This document shows, one piece after another, positions 47,681 through 58,033 of a stretch of 64,000 bases of DNA (positions within the stretch are counted from its first letter, which is position 1; every line of letters starts with the position of its first letter). A program made the translations under genes and the position numbers. The notes under the pieces are model-generated. The model was not told the DNA's origin. It did no database searches and worked only from the letters and a program-made list of their open reading frames with translations. Origin of the DNA: Candidatus Cloacimonadota bacterium (lineage in GTDB: Bacteria > Cloacimonadota > Cloacimonadia > JGIOTU-2); contig JBNGBT010000004.1 in assembly GCA_049903315.1 (NCBI GenBank), forward strand, positions 64,001 through 128,000, read 5' to 3'.

Positions 47681-47838
47681 AACTTATCAATATAATACAA
47701 GTTATAAAAGATATAACTGCGGGTTTATTCCGTCAGGAAAAATTATTAGTTTGTTGCGGTTGAACATGCTCATCCCAATATTTTTTGTGTAGGTAAGGAT
47801 CATTCAATCAATGTATCTATATTTCAGTTTTAAAATCA

Positions 47839-48128
47839 GCCACCAAGCTGGGGCTTGGTAACGAGTAATATTTCTTTACTTCTCTCCCTTCACACTTTCC
47901 AAAATTTTCATTGCTTCTGAGCACCATAGCGGGAGAGATAAATCTGAAATCTTAAATCGTTAATCAATATTCGATATTGTTTTTGACCTCATCCCGATTT
48001 GCGTGTAGCAAATCGACCTTCTCCTCGCCAGGAGAAGGGAACCAAAAGTTGAATGTTGTCACGAGTCGGTCATACAGGGAACGACTCGGGATAGGAAAAC
48101 GCCACCAAGCAGGGGCTTAGTAATGAGT
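47839..48128. repeat. Two direct copies of a 28-bp palindromic REP-like repeat bracketing other hairpins
   Basis: gccaccaagctggggcttggtaacgagt (47839-47866) and gccaccaagcaggggcttagtaatgagt (48101-48128), 25/28 identical. Confidence 0.7.
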
Positions 48129-48153
48129 GTTTATCGAGATTTTTTTATTCCTT

Positions 48154-48378
48154 CTATCCCTTGTTCACGCTTTCCACAATCTTCATTGCTTCTTCTTTAT
48201 CGGCTTTATTGATAACCACACCAACACCTTCTGTGAGCTGGAGCTGCGGCATCATGCCGTCACAATCATCAGAAATAATATAGCATTCAATCCCCGCACT
48301 TTTCAGCAATCCTTCAAGCAATTCCGCTTCGATCATATCATCAAAAACTTCCAATACTATTTCGCCTTCATTTATCAT
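48154..48378 (-). CDS. DUF2007-family small protein
   Basis: EAELLEGLLKSAGIEC...V.I...D.EEA..I. Confidence 0.75.
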   Translation of the reverse strand: MINEGEIVLEVFDDMIEAELLEGLLKSAGIECYIISDDCDGMMPQLQLTEGVGVVINKADKEEAMKIVESVNKG

Positions 48379-49504
48379 AGTAACTCCATATATTATTTTT
48401 AGGATTATTCAAATCATCCAGCCATGTGGCAGCAGGATTAAGTTTCCTGGAAAAAATCCGTCCAGCATTTCGTTCATCTTTTGCCTGGTGGAATTTAAAG
48501 AGTATCTCATCACCCCTTATGCCGATGATCTCGATCTTACCCTTTTTGTGTGACATGACAAACCTGAATCGCTTACTGTGTCCATCCAGTTGTGCTTTTG
48601 CTTTCTCGACAATTGGATAGCCAATTGAGAGAGGTATCTGGAAATGTTTTTTCACACGTTTAACCGGTCTGCACTGGAAAAGATAATAAGGATTTATGCC
48701 GATCGAGACGAGTTTTCTCATCAGTTCTGCAAGCACATTCGGGTCGTCATTAATACCGCGCAGGAACACGGTTTGATTGTTTATAACTACTCCCGCTCTC
48801 TTAAGCAGCCATACTGTTTCTTTCAGCTCATTAGTGATCTCACGCGGATGATCTATCTGCGTCACAAAATATATTTGTTTGCTTTCGTGGTTATAGGTAT
48901 CAAGCAGGGAAATTAGTGCATCATCATGAAGAATTCTTTTCGGGTAATACACGGGCACTTTTGTACCGAAGCGGATAAAATCGAGGTGTGGGATAGGAGC
49001 AAGAAGTTCGAGGAATCGTGTGAGTACTATTGTAGAAAGCATCAAAGGATCACCGCCGCTAATGAGTACATTATTAATTTCGGAATGGGCTTTAATATAC
49101 TTTACTGCTTGGCTGAAGTTACTGATGATCTCGTCGGATTGCAGACCGACCAAGCGTTTGCGAAAACAGAATCTGCAGTATGATGCACATCTGTTAGTAG
49201 AAAGCACGAGCGCGGTTTTGCTGTATTTATGCTGCAAGCCGGAAAGCTTGGTATTGTATAGTTCGCCACTCGTATCATAAGAGCCGGAAATATCCAACTC
49301 CCGGGAAGAAGGAACAACCATTTTCTTGAGAGGATCATCCGGGTCCGAAAAATCTATTAGGGACAGATAAAATTTCGAGATACACATCGGATGTCTCAGG
49401 ACGACTTTCCGGAGCTGTATCTCATCTTTGGGCGCAAGAGAAATATATTGTTTCAATTCGCCCACAGATGTAATAAAATCTTTTTCTTTCTTCCAATAGG
49501 TCAT
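48368..49504 (-). CDS. KamA-family radical SAM aminomutase-like protein
   Basis: DPLKKMVVP, GLQHKY, CASYCRFCFRKR, SGGDPL, NQTVFLRGINDD, PYYLFQC. Confidence 0.88.
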   Translation of the reverse strand: MTYWKKEKDFITSVGELKQYISLAPKDEIQLRKVVLRHPMCISKFYLSLIDFSDPDDPLKKMVVPSSRELDISGSYDTSGELYNTKLSGLQHKYSKTALVLSTNRCASYCRFCFRKRLVGLQSDEIISNFSQAVKYIKAHSEINNVLISGGDPLMLSTIVLTRFLELLAPIPHLDFIRFGTKVPVYYPKRILHDDALISLLDTYNHESKQIYFVTQIDHPREITNELKETVWLLKRAGVVINNQTVFLRGINDDPNVLAELMRKLVSIGINPYYLFQCRPVKRVKKHFQIPLSIGYPIVEKAKAQLDGHSKRFRFVMSHKKGKIEIIGIRGDEILFKFHQAKDERNAGRIFSRKLNPAATWLDDLNNPKNNIWSYYDK

Positions 49505-49595
49505 AAGTTTGAGCTCGTTAATTTCAGGTTTTTTTCGACTGGTGATTGACTGATTTGTACGTTAAGCAGGTGTTATAATGCTGTCAATGAATTTT

Positions 49596-50564
49596 TTAAA
49601 GCAGTTCCTTTATCTGAGGTAAAATATTTTTTATTCTGAGTCCTGTAAATGTGTGAACAATGTGGGTCCTGTTTTTAGTAGTTTCGCAATGATGCCGTCG
49701 CTCATGAGGGACAAGAATACTGAAAGTACGAAGATGTGTGTAACGCAGAAAATGCAGCAAATGAGTATTTGGTGAGATGAAGAGCGTACAGGATTTAAGG
49801 ACATCGAGTGCCTGCTCGTGGCTTACAATGAGCTGAAAATCCGGTTTGGTTTTGCATTTATTAAATACAAGCTTATCATAATACCGCGCATCCCAATCTA
49901 TGAGAACAACGTCATAATTATAATTTTTTTGGATCGCAGCAACAAGTGAATGAACGTGTTTTTTGAGGAAGCGTGTTCCATGAATGCCGGGAGAAATATC
50001 GATGAAGACGGTCTCTTTTCCTGCTGATTCAATACCTTTTGCTGCCAGGAAATTATACCTGCGAATGTATGAATCCCATTTTTCTGAAGTACCTGCAAGC
50101 TGCAAAGCAAAGGAGAAAAACTGGTAATAATACGATTGCAGGTCATTCACGGAAATAATGCAATTCAAAAACTTTATATCACTGAAAGAACTCATGCCTG
50201 CTATCACAGCATTTCGTGCCAATTTCAAATATGACTTTGTTTCTTTAGGAATTTTTCGTGCCAGAAACACAATAAGCTCACATGATTCAATTTCTTGTCC
50301 TGCTCCCAGTTCTGTAAAATCTATAAAGGAAAAATCCATTTCCGGGTAGAGTTGCTCAATGAATAATTTCCACTCTTTTTTATAAACCACAACGAGTGTG
50401 TTTTTATAGGATTGAAGCAGAATGCCAAGCCCCCAGAGGGATTCCAGAAACTCAACAAAGTCATCAGAACACATGATCATCACTGAAGATGGCTCGGAGA
50501 TCTTTTGGCTGAAATTATGAGCAGGTTTTTCTTTCTTCGAATGTGCGCGAGACAGGATTGACAT
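49596..50564 (-). CDS. Divergent GT9 (heptosyltransferase)-like protein
   Basis: Weak GT-B signature LKSCTLFISPNTHLLH (compare D(T/S)G..H); ATG directly after the kinase stop. Confidence 0.45.
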   Translation of the reverse strand: MSILSRAHSKKEKPAHNFSQKISEPSSVMIMCSDDFVEFLESLWGLGILLQSYKNTLVVVYKKEWKLFIEQLYPEMDFSFIDFTELGAGQEIESCELIVFLARKIPKETKSYLKLARNAVIAGMSSFSDIKFLNCIISVNDLQSYYYQFFSFALQLAGTSEKWDSYIRRYNFLAAKGIESAGKETVFIDISPGIHGTRFLKKHVHSLVAAIQKNYNYDVVLIDWDARYYDKLVFNKCKTKPDFQLIVSHEQALDVLKSCTLFISPNTHLLHFLRYTHLRTFSILVPHERRHHCETTKNRTHIVHTFTGLRIKNILPQIKELL

Positions 50565-50565
50565 G

Positions 50566-53500
50566 CTATTTCTCACCTTTCTTTTTACGTGTTTTCTTTG
50601 CAAACGGCAGGGAAATGAAGAATGTCGAACCTTCGCCTTTAACGCTTTTTACCCACATTTTTCCTCCGTAATGCTCGACAATGGTTTTTGTGATAGGAAG
50701 CCCCAGCCCGAGTCCGGAAGATTTGAATTCTGTCACACCCGAATGGTGCGCCTTGATATCTGCAACTTCATAGAATTCACGGAAAATATTATCCAATTCA
50801 TATGATGGAATGCCGATGCCGTTATCTTTTATATAGATGATGAGGGACTCTTTTTCGTCTGCCTCTTCTTTGCGAAACCTGGATTTACGTGCTCCGATTG
50901 TAATTTCACCATAATCATCTGTGTATTTGATCGCATTGAGTACAAGGTTTTTTACACCATTTATAAGAGTGATGCGTTCTCCTCTTATTGGTTTGAGTCC
51001 CGGGGCAATTTTCAGCACGAGCTTTTGCTTGCGTGATTTGGCAAGAGCAAGAGTTTCTTCATACACGATTTTCAGGATATCTTCAGGTTCGATCAGTTCT
51101 TTTTCAAACTGAATTCCTCTTGTTTCAAGTGCATTCATTTGCAGGATGTTATTAATGGCATGGAGAAGACGATCAACATTTCTTTCCATGATATTCATTG
51201 TATTTTGGCGAACATTTTCCGGAGTCTCAGGGTCTTTCAGGATCGAGATGTAGCCCTTCAACGTCTGAATAGGAGTGTTAAATTCGTGAGAGGAGATATT
51301 AATGAACTGTGCGCGTTCCTGGTCTATCTTGAGTAATTCCTGGTTGGCAATACTGAGTTTTTCAAAATCAATGGAATTTTTGATAGCGGTCTCTGCCATA
51401 AGAATGAATATCTCAAGAAGTTTCTCGTTAAAACGAATGACCTTGTTCGCACTCGTCAGGTTATCGAGATAGAGAAATCCAAAAATCTCATTATGCATAT
51501 TCAGGGGAGAGCAATATACAGAACGGAGATCGTGCCGCTGTATGCTTTCAGAGTCAGCAAAGCGCTGGTCCTCAACTGCGTCAAAAGTGCTCATGGCAAC
51601 CTTTGATTCATACGCGTCTTTCAGCACTGTTTTACTGATCTTAAGATTGTCTTTATCTATCTTTTCGCCGGTACTCAGGAGAGCAACGTTGAAAACGAAA
51701 TTCTTGTTTTCATCCAGGTTTATAAAGAAGCCGCGTTCCGCTCCGGAAAGTCGTATCGCATTAAGAGTTATCTGTTTTTTCAGCTCATCCAGGTTCATGA
51801 TCTGGAGTATATCTCTGCTGATGGTGATAAGATTGGAAAGCTGCTCGCGTTGCTCGAGGACTTCTTCATATTCACCGATCTTTTTCAAAATAATAGTAAG
51901 ATAGAAACCGGACAGGTTGATAATGAGTTTCTCTGATTTAGTGAACGGATACTCACCTCTGTCTGCCAGAATGACGATGCCTTCGAGCTCATTTTTCAGT
52001 TTCAAAGGAACTAAACAGAAATGCTGTCCTTTTACCGTATAGTATTGACATTCCAGATCAGCCCGTAGTTTTTCAAAATGGCTTTGATGTGTGCTGGTAA
52101 GCTCTGTCCTGGCGAGTTTATTATTTACCCAGAATTCACCTTCGGAATCTTTATTTGCATAGAGTATAATCCCGAATTTATCTATGCCAATCACATCAAG
52201 AATATACTTTTTCAGATAAAACCTGATTTGCTGAACACTTGAGAGATGTAACAGATCAAAGAAGTAATGCTGCAATTTCGAGGGAGATACATTAATTCTG
52301 GCTTCGATGATCTGCCGTAATACAGAGCTGGAATGAAGGGCTTCATAGTGGAATATTGCCTTCATTCTTTGCTGATCATCCTCGGATAAACCGCGCAGCA
52401 CAACATCAAGTTTGCGATTATAACTATGCCGATATTTATATTCCAGAACTTTAAGATGCAAGGTTCGGTAAATAAGCGTTATGAGGATCAGACTTTCACA
52501 CTGGAGACCCCAATCCTTCATTTTTTTTGCAACAGTTTCAGCTTTGAGAAGTTTGCGAATGATAGTCCTGAGGTTCATATCTGCTTTTCTGAGCAATATC
52601 TTGGCTTCGAGAACCCGTGCATAATTATCCCATCGCAAGAATTCATTTTTAACAGCCAGCGCTCTTGCCTGTTCGCAGAGAATTTCTGCCTGCTTATAAT
52701 CCTTTGCTATGTAATATGTATCTGCAATATTGAGGTAGGACATTGTCAGGGCATATTCATTCTGATTCTTCTTTGCAAGTGTTCCGGCTTTTTTAAAATT
52801 AGTTATTGCGAGAGAGTACTTTTTATCACCGCGTGCCACCCAGCCATGCAGTTGATACATGAATTCCATTTCAAGAGATGTGTCGATCTTCTCTTTTTTG
52901 ATTTGTTTAATTATGGAGTTCAGTTCCGTATAATTTCGAGAAATGACAAGCCAGAAACAGTAATTTTTTAGATATGAGTTAATGTTGCCGATTGAGTTAT
53001 TCTTAAAAAAATTATCATAACGAGTGTGCAAATACGAGAGGAATTTCGCAGGAACAAGAATGCGGAGTTTTAGAAAAGATGAGCGGTTGTATATTTTACT
53101 GATGAGGTTTGTGTCATTGAGTTCTTTTGCTATATCAAGGGCTGTGTTAAAATGTTTTTCAGCTTCGCGGAAATCTCCTAATTTGAATCTTGTTTGTGCA
53201 ATGTTCAGGTTAACTTCTGCCATGCCCGGAGCAAAATTTATTTTCTGAAAATACGAAAGCGCTTCCAGGGATTTATCCAATCCCGAACGGAGCATGCCCT
53301 GTTTCATATTAAGAAATCCCCAGTGAGAGAGGACATTCGCAACATTTAGGATATCACCCTCTTTCAATCCTACCGAAACAGCATCTTCATAATGCCGTAT
53401 CGCGTTTTTCACCTTATTGAGAATATTATATGAGTCTCCGAGAACTTTCAGAATACGACCAAGCCGTATAAAGGCTTCGTTGACTTTAGCAATTTTTTTT

Positions 53501-56067
53501 GCTTTTTTCAGTTCTTCAATTGCACTTTCATACGCACCGATCGCATAATAATAATCTCCGCTGAACAAATAGAAATTAATTTTCTGAAAAGGAGTCAGTT
53601 TTTTTTCTGAGAGGACCTGGATTGCGTGATGTGCCTTATCCTCTTCATGAGAGAAATTATGAAGCTCCAATCGTGCAAGAAGCAGTTCATTTTCATCATA
53701 AGAAAATTTTGATCTCTCGAGCGCAATGAGATTTTTCTCGGCGCTTGCAAAATCTCTGCACGCCATTTTATAGCGCGCATTGAGGAGCAACAGTTGTGGG
53801 TCATTTTTAATGAAGTGCGAATATTGCTGACAGCAAATTTCCGAAATATCGCATTTCTTGAGTAAAATACCAAGGGTGAACAATACCTTTAAGTAATCCT
53901 GTATAGTGTCGGATTGCAATTTGTCCTTGATTTCGTTGATTTTCAGCAACCCTTGATAACAGGAACTCCACGCTTTAATAATATCTTTATTCTCCATATA
54001 GGTAGTCGTTTTAAGAAGATGATAATGAATTTCCGATTCATAATCCTTTGCAAGCTCACAATGGCCAATAATGCCATTGATAATGGCTGGTATGGTCACC
54101 TGCATTGTTTTAAAATATTGTATCACTTCCAACGAAATCTTCTTTTTCTTTGCTGTACTCATCCTCTTGGATAGTGCGGATTTGAGAGCGGGATAAACAA
54201 ATTTGTAATATCCGTCATCAATATAATCTTCATTTTTTACCAGGATGTCGAGTGCTTCAACATTCTGCATGAAGAAAAACAGGTCCTTTGAATCGGAAAA
54301 ATGGAGAATAGTCTGAATGATATTTGTAGAAAGGGGAACCTGCAATATTGAAAGCTGAGCGAGCATATCTTTGATATTTTCCGGAATGAGTGCGATCTTC
54401 TCTTCAATTGCTTTCAGCATTTTTTTCGGGAGTTCAACTTCAAGGATATCAACATCAAAATGCCAACTGCCTTTTTCATCATGGATGATCTTTTTCTCAA
54501 TCAGATTACCGATGAGTTCAAGGATAAAGCGCTGGTTGCCATTTGTGATCATATACACCTGATTGAGAAAATCCTCAGGACAATCTTCTCCCAGGATTTC
54601 ACGGATAAATTGAAAGGATTCCGATCGTGAGAGGGGCTCAATATGGATCTTATTAGTGATCTCTGAAATATCAACAACATACGGATTATATGAACTGACA
54701 ATTATTGCAATGGGATACTTGGGAAGATCAGAAGAAATGTATTGGAGAAAATTTATTGTGGATTCGTGGACTTCTTCAATATTAGTGATGAAATACACGA
54801 TAGGTTTCGTGGATGAAAAACAGAACATATAGTCCTTTGCCAGCTCAAAATCTCTCATGAGGTCAGACTCATCCTCAATGATCTTGAGGGATTTTTCTTC
54901 TGAGTTAAAAAGGAATTCACAAAATTTATTTGAGGCGGATTCTTGAAAGAAGTGTTTACCCTTCTCATCCTGAGATAGAAATATTTCTTTGCATAACATG
55001 AAGAATGGATCACGGTGCTGTGAATCGCAATTATAATAGAACACATGGTAATCCTCTGAAAGAAGATACCATTTGATATATTGCATAAGACTTGTCTTAC
55101 CAACACCCTTTTCTCCGGTCACAAAGATGATCTCACCTTTCTGGTTTTTCACTTCATTTATCTGGTCGCGCAGAGTGATAATATCTGCATCCCGAAAATG
55201 AAATTGCTTTGATTCGATCTGTTTTACAAGCGGCGGTTCTATGGTAAGAGGATATTTTTTTTCCTGCATCTCATTGATGTAGTGTATGATTTCCTGTGAT
55301 TTACCAATGCGCAACCCGGGATTGAATTCAATAAGATGAAAGATAAGATCTTCGAGTTTTTTATCGACTGCCGGATTTATTTTTGAGGGGAATTGAGGAA
55401 TAATATTTGGGATTTTCTTTTCAGACATCAGCTTGATCTCTTCCCTGGAATAAGGGAAAGTACCCACAGAAAGGTAGTACATGATAACGCCCAAAGCGTA
55501 GAAATCACTCTTTGGAGAGAAGTACGAGCCCTGTAAAAGTTCCGGCGCAATATACGGCAGACTTATCACTTCGCTTTCCGGATATGCCTCTGTTTGGGAA
55601 ATGATCTTGTTGAAGCCGTAATCGCATACTTTAACATTGATCTCATCATTTATTTTTTTATAAAGAACATTTTCAAGTTTCATATCTTTATGAATGATAT
55701 TATGTGTGTGAAGGTGGTTCAGCGCATAGCAGATCTGAGTAATAAGCTCAAAAAAATCCGGTTTATTCTTATTGGTCAGATGAAAATTTTGCAAACCTTT
55801 GCTTTTATAGAATTCTGAAAGAAGATAGAGACTGTCTTGGTAAATGCCGTAATCATATATCTTTATCAGATTAGGATGGGACATTTTAGTGATCTCGCGC
55901 ATCACCTTTGGCTTCATTTTCTCACGAATGTCCTCGATTGGTATCTTATCAAATAATTTGATTGCAAATATAGTATTTGTGGCGATATCTTCCACTTGGT
56001 ATACTGTGCCGAAACTGCCAGTTCCAATCTTTTCCTTAAACTCATAATGCAACGCGATCAAACTCAT
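50566..56067 (-). CDS. Hybrid Ser/Thr kinase - P-loop NTPase - TPR - GAF - histidine kinase
   Basis: AGGAG RBS; GTGSFG, FAIK, HKDMKLENV, DYG, YIAPE; GEKGVGKT; TPRs; GAF (GAERGF..SVYCSPL..GFLYLDN); SHEFNTP, NLVLNAIKY, DNGIGI, GLGLGL. Confidence 0.9.
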   Translation of the reverse strand: MSLIALHYEFKEKIGTGSFGTVYQVEDIATNTIFAIKLFDKIPIEDIREKMKPKVMREITKMSHPNLIKIYDYGIYQDSLYLLSEFYKSKGLQNFHLTNKNKPDFFELITQICYALNHLHTHNIIHKDMKLENVLYKKINDEINVKVCDYGFNKIISQTEAYPESEVISLPYIAPELLQGSYFSPKSDFYALGVIMYYLSVGTFPYSREEIKLMSEKKIPNIIPQFPSKINPAVDKKLEDLIFHLIEFNPGLRIGKSQEIIHYINEMQEKKYPLTIEPPLVKQIESKQFHFRDADIITLRDQINEVKNQKGEIIFVTGEKGVGKTSLMQYIKWYLLSEDYHVFYYNCDSQHRDPFFMLCKEIFLSQDEKGKHFFQESASNKFCEFLFNSEEKSLKIIEDESDLMRDFELAKDYMFCFSSTKPIVYFITNIEEVHESTINFLQYISSDLPKYPIAIIVSSYNPYVVDISEITNKIHIEPLSRSESFQFIREILGEDCPEDFLNQVYMITNGNQRFILELIGNLIEKKIIHDEKGSWHFDVDILEVELPKKMLKAIEEKIALIPENIKDMLAQLSILQVPLSTNIIQTILHFSDSKDLFFFMQNVEALDILVKNEDYIDDGYYKFVYPALKSALSKRMSTAKKKKISLEVIQYFKTMQVTIPAIINGIIGHCELAKDYESEIHYHLLKTTTYMENKDIIKAWSSCYQGLLKINEIKDKLQSDTIQDYLKVLFTLGILLKKCDISEICCQQYSHFIKNDPQLLLLNARYKMACRDFASAEKNLIALERSKFSYDENELLLARLELHNFSHEEDKAHHAIQVLSEKKLTPFQKINFYLFSGDYYYAIGAYESAIEELKKAKKIAKVNEAFIRLGRILKVLGDSYNILNKVKNAIRHYEDAVSVGLKEGDILNVANVLSHWGFLNMKQGMLRSGLDKSLEALSYFQKINFAPGMAEVNLNIAQTRFKLGDFREAEKHFNTALDIAKELNDTNLISKIYNRSSFLKLRILVPAKFLSYLHTRYDNFFKNNSIGNINSYLKNYCFWLVISRNYTELNSIIKQIKKEKIDTSLEMEFMYQLHGWVARGDKKYSLAITNFKKAGTLAKKNQNEYALTMSYLNIADTYYIAKDYKQAEILCEQARALAVKNEFLRWDNYARVLEAKILLRKADMNLRTIIRKLLKAETVAKKMKDWGLQCESLILITLIYRTLHLKVLEYKYRHSYNRKLDVVLRGLSEDDQQRMKAIFHYEALHSSSVLRQIIEARINVSPSKLQHYFFDLLHLSSVQQIRFYLKKYILDVIGIDKFGIILYANKDSEGEFWVNNKLARTELTSTHQSHFEKLRADLECQYYTVKGQHFCLVPLKLKNELEGIVILADRGEYPFTKSEKLIINLSGFYLTIILKKIGEYEEVLEQREQLSNLITISRDILQIMNLDELKKQITLNAIRLSGAERGFFINLDENKNFVFNVALLSTGEKIDKDNLKISKTVLKDAYESKVAMSTFDAVEDQRFADSESIQRHDLRSVYCSPLNMHNEIFGFLYLDNLTSANKVIRFNEKLLEIFILMAETAIKNSIDFEKLSIANQELLKIDQERAQFINISSHEFNTPIQTLKGYISILKDPETPENVRQNTMNIMERNVDRLLHAINNILQMNALETRGIQFEKELIEPEDILKIVYEETLALAKSRKQKLVLKIAPGLKPIRGERITLINGVKNLVLNAIKYTDDYGEITIGARKSRFRKEEADEKESLIIYIKDNGIGIPSYELDNIFREFYEVADIKAHHSGVTEFKSSGLGLGLPITKTIVEHYGGKMWVKSVKGEGSTFFISLPFAKKTRKKKGEK

Positions 56068-56260
56068 GAAAACTCCTGAGTCATACAAAATTTACTTAAT
56101 TTATATTCTGATTTTCTTAAAAAACATTTGACCGTTGGCATAATAAACTGTCAACAATTAGCGTATGATAGATGGGGTGAATGAGAAACCAGTTTGAAAT
56201 AAATTTGACAAACCTACCCCATAAAAAGAATTTTACTACCAATATGATAAAGGGAACTAC

Positions 56261-57193
56261 ATGAAAAAAATATTTTTATTAGTGATGTGTTTCACTCTGA
56301 CGAGTAGCCTTTTCGCAGTCAGCAATGATGCGGGGACTACTGCTTTTAATTTCCTCAATATTCCGATGGGAGCGCGCGGAGCAGGAATGGGAAATACGTT
56401 TACTGCAATTGCAGATGATGCCCTTGCACCTTTCTGGAATCCTGCCGGTCTGCCGAATGTTCGCCAGCGTCTTCTTCAAATCACCTACATGAATTATTTT
56501 GCAGGGTACAATGGAGGAGCAGTAAGTTATACCATGCCTCTTAATGAAGGAACAACTGTTGCAGTTTTCTCGAAATTCATTGGAGTCGGAGGTATTCCTA
56601 AAACAGGCATCGATGAAAATCAGAATCTCATTGATCTGGGAACTTTTGGTTCTTACGATGTGATGCTTGGAGCGTCCTTCGGAAAATATCTCTCAGATAT
56701 TCTCAACTGGGGAGTCAATATCAAGATCATTTCCGAAACAATAGATGAGTATTCGTCACAGGCAGTTGCAGCTGATGTGTGTCTGCTCCATCAATCTCCA
56801 AACCCGCGCCTGAAGATAGGGCTTGCTGCAAAAAACCTCGGTATGCAGCTTTCCAAATTTGATCAGGAAAAGGAAAAATTGCCCTTAACCTTTTCAATGG
56901 GACTGGCTTACAAGATCAATACAGGCGTGATCGCACTGGATATTCACAAGCCCATGCACACGAATTTCTACGGCACAATCGGAATAGAAACGACCATTCA
57001 GGATAAATTCATTGTTCGTGCCGGTTATCGCTCCAATGCGTCAGACTGGAATGTCGGCTCAGGTATTGATTTTCTCTCAGGGATTTCTGCTGGAGTAGGT
57101 TTCAACTGGAAAGATTATAAGTTTGATTATGCCGTGAACTCATACGGGGAATTAGGTTTTATTCATCAACTTTCTGTAGGATACCATTTCTAA
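56261..57193 (+). CDS. PorV/PorQ-family outer-membrane protein (T9SS-associated)
   Basis: Signal peptide; FLNIPMGARGAGMG, FWNPAGL, KNLG, RAGY, DYA..YGELG..H. Confidence 0.85.
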   Translation: MKKIFLLVMCFTLTSSLFAVSNDAGTTAFNFLNIPMGARGAGMGNTFTAIADDALAPFWNPAGLPNVRQRLLQITYMNYFAGYNGGAVSYTMPLNEGTTVAVFSKFIGVGGIPKTGIDENQNLIDLGTFGSYDVMLGASFGKYLSDILNWGVNIKIISETIDEYSSQAVAADVCLLHQSPNPRLKIGLAAKNLGMQLSKFDQEKEKLPLTFSMGLAYKINTGVIALDIHKPMHTNFYGTIGIETTIQDKFIVRAGYRSNASDWNVGSGIDFLSGISAGVGFNWKDYKFDYAVNSYGELGFIHQLSVGYHF

Positions 57194-57199
57194 AAATAT

Positions 57200-57646
57200 A
57201 TGAACCTTCAAAACGACACACCTGCTGATGTGGGAACAGTTGTCGATATACAAAACGGTCTTGCGATCGTTGAATATTCTCGCTCCGATGCCTGCAATAC
57301 CTGCAGACTCAAAGCATTTTGTTTTCAAAAAGGAGGAGACAGCTCCACACTAACCATGAAAAATGAACTCAATGTAAAAAAGGGTGATAAAGTACAATTT
57401 GAGATCAGTCCTCAGATACGAATCCTCAGCTCATTCCTCGTATTTATTCTTCCGATTATTTTTATGATCGGTTCATATTTTTTATGCAAAAGTGCGATCG
57501 GGCTTTCTGAAAATATTTCGATAATTGTATCTCTCGTTTCTATCGTAATTGCTTTTATTGTGGTAAAAATAATTGATGGGCAGATAAAAAAGAAAGCGAT
57601 GATACAACCCAAAATGGTTGCGATTCTCAGCCAGGAAAGTATATAG
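57200..57646 (+). CDS. RseC/MucC family membrane protein
   Basis: ACNTC..K.FC, KKGDKV, two TM helices. Confidence 0.8.
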   Translation: MNLQNDTPADVGTVVDIQNGLAIVEYSRSDACNTCRLKAFCFQKGGDSSTLTMKNELNVKKGDKVQFEISPQIRILSSFLVFILPIIFMIGSYFLCKSAIGLSENISIIVSLVSIVIAFIVVKIIDGQIKKKAMIQPKMVAILSQESI

Positions 57647-57664
57647 AGTCGTTAAGGAGATAGT

Positions 57665-58033
57665 ATGAACATTACTTTAAAAAACATGATCTTTTACGGG
57701 TATCATGGACTTCACGAAGCAGAGAGAACTCTCGGGCAGCGTTTTGCTATCGATGTAACTGTTTCAAGTGATCCCGAACTGGATGCAAAAGTGAAAGTCC
57801 TTCAAGATACTATTGACTACACACAGATATTTGAAGTGGTAAAAGAACATGTGGAAAATTATAAATATCATCTTCTTGAAAAACTCGCAAATGAAATCAT
57901 TACCGCAATTCTCAATGATTTTATACTAGTTCAAAATGTTTCTTTAAAAGTACGTAAAATAGCAGTACCTATCAATGGTACGCTTGATTATGTCGAGCTT
58001 GAAATGCACAGAGATCGAGAAAATAAGGAGTAG
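57665..58033 (+). CDS. folB: Dihydroneopterin aldolase
   Basis: FYGYHG..EAERTLGQRF, TIDY, LLEKLA, VRK. Confidence 0.93.
   Translation: MNITLKNMIFYGYHGLHEAERTLGQRFAIDVTVSSDPELDAKVKVLQDTIDYTQIFEVVKEHVENYKYHLLEKLANEIITAILNDFILVQNVSLKVRKIAVPINGTLDYVELEMHRDRENKE

Noticed and set aside
47839..48128. 28-bp palindromic direct repeats as a CRISPR array
   Set aside because: Only two copies, 234 bp apart, with no cas genes.
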